From an uncultured Clostridia bacterium (GTDB taxonomy: Bacteria > Bacillota > Clostridia > Christensenellales > CAG-138), in NCBI GenBank assembly GCA_934633985.1, contig CAKTYU010000010.1:1185-65184 (forward strand): a stretch of 64,000 bases of DNA, read 5' to 3'. The stretch's first letter is position 1. Each line of letters begins with the position of its first letter. Below the pieces are notes generated by a model that was not told the DNA's origin, did not search any database, and saw only the letters and a program-made list of their open reading frames with translations. A program made the position numbers and the translations under genes. This document shows, one piece after another, positions 60,158 to 64,000 of this stretch.

Positions 60158-62251
60158 ATGAAATTCGCAAAATCGGTAGTAAAGTACCGTATACCTATAC
60201 TTTTGACAGCGGCGCTGCTGATGCTGCCCTCCTTCTACTGCATGACGCATACCCGTATAAACTACGATATGCTGGATTATCTGCCCGCCGATATGGACAC
60301 GGTAAAGGGGCAGGACGAGCTTATGGAGGACTTCGGCAAGGGAGCTTTTTCTTTTATCGTGGTGGAGGGCATGCCGGTAAGCGAGGTATCAGCGCTCAAA
60401 AGCCGCATAGAGCAGGTGGATCACGTTGAAACCGTGCTGTGGTACGATTCCATATCGGATATTTCCGTACCTATGGAGCTGCTGCCGGATAAGCTATACA
60501 ACGCCTTCAACTCCGGCGACGCCACTATGATGGCTGTTTTTTTTGACAGCGCCACCTCGGCGGACGTCACTATGGACGCCATACGCGAGATACGCGCCGC
60601 AGCGGACAGCCGCTGCTTCGTATCGGGCATGTCTGCGCTGGTCACAGACCTGAAGGATCTTTGCGAGGCGGAGGAGCCCACATACGTCGGCCTTGCCGTG
60701 ATTTTTGCCTGCGCCGCCATGGTGCTGCTGTTAGATGGCTGGCTCGTGCCCTTTGTGTTCCTGATGAGCATAGGCGTAGCTATAATGTTCAACTTAGGCA
60801 GCAACCTCTCCTTCGGGGAAATATCCTATATAACAAAGGCGCTATCCGCCGTGCTGCAGCTCGCCGTCACCATGGACTACTCCATATTCCTCTGGCACTG
60901 CTACAACGAAAAGCTGCGGACTATACCGGACAGCAAGGAGGCCATGGCCGCCGCAATAAACGACACCCTCGTGTCCGTCGTCGGCAGCTCCACCACCACC
61001 GTCGCAGGCTTTGCCGCGCTATGCTTTATGACCTTCACCTTGGGGCGCGACCTCGGCCTCGTCATGGCGAAAGGGGTGCTTCTGGGCGTGATATGCTGCG
61101 TAACGGTGCTGCCCGCGCTCATACTGCTGCTCAACAAGCCGCTGCAATCGACCCGCCATAGGTCCCTGATACCCGATATGACGGCCTTTTCCAAGAAGAT
61201 GTGCGGCATATTTCCGGTATTCCTGCTTATCTTCCTGCTGCTGATCCCCCCGGCCTACTACGGATACAAAAAGACCAACAAGGAAGTCTATTACGACATG
61301 GGGCAATGCCTGCCCCGCGATATACAGTACGTCGTGGCAAACGAAAAGCTGTCCGAAACGTTTAACGTGGCCTCGACACACATGCTGCTGGTGGATCCCT
61401 CGCTCCCCCCAAGCGAGGTGAGGCAGATGGCAAAGGACATGGAGAAGGTCCCCGGCGTAAAGTACGTCCTCGGCCTTGAAAGCGTGTTGGGCGCGGAGGT
61501 GCCTGAGGAGCTGCTTCCCGAGGAGCTTGTCAGCACGCTGAAGAGCGGGCGCTCGGAGCTGCTGCTGGTAAATTCCGAATACAAGGTCGCAAGCGACGAG
61601 GTGGACGGGCAAATAGACAGCCTTAACGCCATACTCAAGCGGTATGACCCAAGCGGCATGCTGATAGGCGAGGCGCCCTGCATGAAGGACATGATAGAAA
61701 CCACCGACCACGATTTCAAGGTGGTAAACGCGGTATCCATAGCGGCGATATTCATAATTATCGCAATAGTGGAGAAGAGCATATCCTTGCCCTTCATACT
61801 TATCGCGGTAATAGAGCTGGCCATATTCATAAACCTGGGCCTGCCCCATTACCTCGGCCAATCCCTGCCCTTTATCGCGCCTATATGCATAAGCACGATA
61901 CAGCTCGGCGCAACGGTGGACTATGCCATACTTATGACCACCCGCTACAAGGCGGAGCGGCGCACCAAGAGCAGCAAGGAGTCCGCCGCGGCCGCCCTCG
62001 CCGTATCCCTGCCCTCCATAATCGTGAGCGGCTGCGGCCTGTTCGCCGCCACCTTCGGCGTTGCGGTGTATTCGGATATGGACATAATAAGCTCCATGTG
62101 CATGCTCATGGCAAGGGGCGCGATAATAAGCGTGCTTATGGTCGCGTTTATACTTCCCGCGATGCTGATACTGTGCGATAAGGTCATCATCGCAACTACG
62201 CTGGATATGCGAAAAAACGTAAAACCGGCGGCTGAAAGCGCCGCCTTATAA
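60158..62251 (+). CDS. MMPL/RND-superfamily membrane transporter
   Basis: 697 aa. Two 6-TM bundles, each preceded by an extracytoplasmic domain. N-terminus KYRIPILL...RINYDMLDYLP is typical of Firmicute MMPL proteins. Confidence 0.88.
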   Translation: MKFAKSVVKYRIPILLTAALLMLPSFYCMTHTRINYDMLDYLPADMDTVKGQDELMEDFGKGAFSFIVVEGMPVSEVSALKSRIEQVDHVETVLWYDSISDISVPMELLPDKLYNAFNSGDATMMAVFFDSATSADVTMDAIREIRAAADSRCFVSGMSALVTDLKDLCEAEEPTYVGLAVIFACAAMVLLLDGWLVPFVFLMSIGVAIMFNLGSNLSFGEISYITKALSAVLQLAVTMDYSIFLWHCYNEKLRTIPDSKEAMAAAINDTLVSVVGSSTTTVAGFAALCFMTFTLGRDLGLVMAKGVLLGVICCVTVLPALILLLNKPLQSTRHRSLIPDMTAFSKKMCGIFPVFLLIFLLLIPPAYYGYKKTNKEVYYDMGQCLPRDIQYVVANEKLSETFNVASTHMLLVDPSLPPSEVRQMAKDMEKVPGVKYVLGLESVLGAEVPEELLPEELVSTLKSGRSELLLVNSEYKVASDEVDGQIDSLNAILKRYDPSGMLIGEAPCMKDMIETTDHDFKVVNAVSIAAIFIIIAIVEKSISLPFILIAVIELAIFINLGLPHYLGQSLPFIAPICISTIQLGATVDYAILMTTRYKAERRTKSSKESAAAALAVSLPSIIVSGCGLFAATFGVAVYSDMDIISSMCMLMARGAIISVLMVAFILPAMLILCDKVIIATTLDMRKNVKPAAESAAL

Positions 62252-62266
62252 GGAGACCTGAGAAAT

Positions 62267-64000
62267 ATGAATGACAAGACGTTAAGGATAACGGCGGCGG
62301 CAGTGCTGTGCTGCCTGATCGTAGGCGGCTCAGCGGGCGTATACGCCGCGGCAAGGGCAAACGACGGCGGCGACAGCTCCCTGTTTTCCGATGTAGATGC
62401 CTCTCCCGCGCCTGTGCAGGAGACCCCGCAGCAGGCCGCAGAGGATATAAGCGCGAACAACGTCTATATCATAGCCGGAGCCGGCGGCGATACTAAAAAG
62501 GTGATAGTCACGGACAGCATAAAAAGCCGCCTCGGCGCGGGCAGCGGCACGGTCTATGACGTTGACGGCAACAAGGCCGCCGGCGTTGAGGACGTATGCG
62601 CCTCCCTGCCCGTAAGGCTGAGCATAAGCTACACCCTAAACGGCGTATCCGTAACGCCGGAGGAGCTTACCGGCAAGAGCGGTAGCGTCACCATACGCAT
62701 AGACTACGAAAACACCCGCGCCGAGCATCACAGCATAAACGGCAGGCAGGAGACGCTTTATTCCCCATATATTGCGCTCACCGCAATGGCGCTGGACAGC
62801 GACGTGTTTTCCAACGTATCCATAACCAACGGCAGCCTCGTCAACGACGGGAGCCGAACAGTGGCGGCGGGGCTGGCCTTCCCCGGCCTGGCGGAGAGCC
62901 TGGATATAGACGGCGACAAGCTGGATATTCCCGGCTATATCGAGATCAGCGCATACGCAAGGGACTTCGACTTCGGCGGCACATTTACGATAGTCACCAA
63001 CGAGCCGTTCAGGGAGGCCTCTAAAAAGGAAAAGGACGAGGATATACTCGACGCCGATGAGCTTTCGGATTCCATGGACAAGCTAAGCGACGCCATGGAT
63101 AAGCTCATGGACGGCTCCGGCGAGCTCTATGACGGGCTGCGGACGCTGCTGGATAAGTCATACGAGCTGGTGGACGGCATAAACCGGCTTGCGGACGGGG
63201 CATACGAGCTTTATTCCGGCGCGGCGAAGCTCGATTCCGGCGCGGGCGAGCTTTACGGCGGGGCAAGCGAGCTTAGCGGCGGCCTTTCCCGGCTTGCGTC
63301 AAACAACGCGGAGCTCAACGGTGGTGCAAAGAAGGTATTCGACAGCCTGCTTTCCGCCGCGACAAAGCAGCTTCGCGCCGCCGGCATAGATGAAAACATG
63401 GCTCCCGACCTCACCATTGAAAACTACGGCAAGGTGCTCGATTCTCTTGCCGGCGGCATGAGTGTCAGCAGGGATGAAATTCGGGCGCAGGTGGAGGCCG
63501 CAGTGCGCCAGCAGGTGCTTACAGGTGTACTGGCCGAATTCAAACTCACTCCGGAAGATTATTCCGCGCTGCCCGATGACGACCCGAGAAAAGCAATGAT
63601 CGACGCCGCGGTAGACGCGCAGATGCAGTCCGAAGCGGTGCAGGCGCAGATCGAGAAAATCACGGAGAAAAATTATCAGTCCGCATCGCAGGGCGCGGGG
63701 CAGATACAGGCGCTTAAGGCCCAGCTTGACGAATACAACAAGTTTTATACCGGCCTCAACGATTACACCGCCGGCGTATCCGAGGCGCAAGCAGGCGCCG
63801 CAAAGCTCGCAGGCGGGGCGGCGGAGCTAAAATCCGGCACGGCGCAGCTTTATTCCGGCACGGCCGAGCTTTACTCCGGCGTCAAAAAGATGCAGGACTC
63901 CACGCCGGAGCTCATAGACGGGGTGCGCCGGCTCACCGACGGCTCAAAGGAGCTGCGCGACGGCATAGTAAAGCTGAACGACGAGGGCATACAAAAGCTC
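62267..64000 (+). CDS. YhgE/Pip-domain protein (phage infection protein-like), N-terminal part; continues beyond window
   Basis: Own translation from ATG 62267 (AAGGAGA RBS): MNDKTLRITAAAVLCCLIVGG (TM), beta-rich domain, then long coiled region with LxxG heptads. Frame is open for 578 codons to the window end. Not in the ORF track because no stop is reached. Confidence 0.82.
   Translation, partial: MNDKTLRITAAAVLCCLIVGGSAGVYAAARANDGGDSSLFSDVDASPAPVQETPQQAAEDISANNVYIIAGAGGDTKKVIVTDSIKSRLGAGSGTVYDVDGNKAAGVEDVCASLPVRLSISYTLNGVSVTPEELTGKSGSVTIRIDYENTRAEHHSINGRQETLYSPYIALTAMALDSDVFSNVSITNGSLVNDGSRTVAAGLAFPGLAESLDIDGDKLDIPGYIEISAYARDFDFGGTFTIVTNEPFREASKKEKDEDILDADELSDSMDKLSDAMDKLMDGSGELYDGLRTLLDKSYELVDGINRLADGAYELYSGAAKLDSGAGELYGGASELSGGLSRLASNNAELNGGAKKVFDSLLSAATKQLRAAGIDENMAPDLTIENYGKVLDSLAGGMSVSRDEIRAQVEAAVRQQVLTGVLAEFKLTPEDYSALPDDDPRKAMIDAAVDAQMQSEAVQAQIEKITEKNYQSASQGAGQIQALKAQLDEYNKFYTGLNDYTAGVSEAQAGAAKLAGGAAELKSGTAQLYSGTAELYSGVKKMQDSTPELIDGVRRLTDGSKELRDGIVKLNDEGIQKL
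63075..63335 (+). repeat. Coding tandem heptad/11-mer repeats (x-x-x-Leu-x-x-Gly type), block 1
   Basis: DKLSDAMDKLMDGSGELYDGLRTLLDKSYELVDGINRLADGAYELYSGAAKLDSGAGELYGGASELSGGLSRLASNNAELNGG. Confidence 0.6.
63790..64000 (+). repeat. Coding tandem heptad repeats, block 2
   Basis: AGAAKLAGGAAELKSGTAQLYSGTAELYSGVKKMQDSTPELIDGVRRLTDGSKELRDGIVKLNDEG. Confidence 0.6.

Noticed and set aside
63299-63790. 163-aa minus-strand ORF
   Set aside because: It is antisense to the heptad-repeat region of the YhgE/Pip gene. That plus-strand frame is open for 578 codons from a good RBS.
62900-64000. Regularly spaced short repeats at the DNA level, considered as a possible CRISPR-like or satellite array
   Set aside because: The periodicity is 21/33 nt and lies in-frame inside a long ORF, encoding LxxG heptads. 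There are no unique spacers between identical repeats and no cas genes. It is a coding coiled-coil repeat.

Overview
This 64-kb window is a densely coding chromosomal segment of a Gram-positive anaerobe. It is Bacillota, most likely a spore-forming member of Clostridia. Evidence for that placement: T-box and L-box leaders, hprK, ytxC, lipoprotein-type ABC binding proteins, and LysM/GH18 and PG_binding/LysM wall proteins without signal peptides. I call about 56 CDS, 1 tRNA, 2 riboswitch-type leaders that I can classify and 1 that I cannot, plus many sigma-70-like promoters and intrinsic terminators. I saw no transposase, integrase, phage, CRISPR, toxin-antitoxin or recognisable defence genes.

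Content by category:
- Housekeeping: ftsH, thrS, uvrC, hprK, radA, queH, ogt, an rlmI-like methyltransferase.
- Transport: two polar-amino-acid ABC systems (one behind a lysine riboswitch); a maltodextrin-type sugar ABC operon with malQ and a LacI regulator; potABCD with an XRE-cupin regulator; CopA; a CNNM/CorC transporter; an EamA transporter; and MMPL plus YhgE/Pip behind a TetR.
- Envelope: DUF368/PopT-like, L,D-transpeptidase, PAP2.

The least understood modules, and my best candidates for undescribed biology:
1. An enoate-reductase (OYE-type) plus two-subunit aconitase-X operon (4231-8020), back-to-back with an atypical [FeFe]-hydrogenase-like gene.
2. A GGGtGRT-family protein plus NifU/IscU-like scaffold pair (54593-56297), next to a small-membrane-protein/WYL-regulator operon.
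3. A split YeeE/YedE + DUF3343 + class-V desulfurase S/Se-trafficking operon (10910-13407).
4. An unclassified terminator-containing leader upstream of the CNNM transporter (9293-9515).
5. A TetR/OCD-family pair with a duplicated palindromic operator, adjacent to the L-box operon, which ends in an overlapping class II aldolase gene.

Across the window, Ile is encoded mostly by ATA despite GC-rich third positions elsewhere. Long antisense shadow ORFs are everywhere and were rejected. All functional calls come from reading the translations and motifs by eye. No database search was run.
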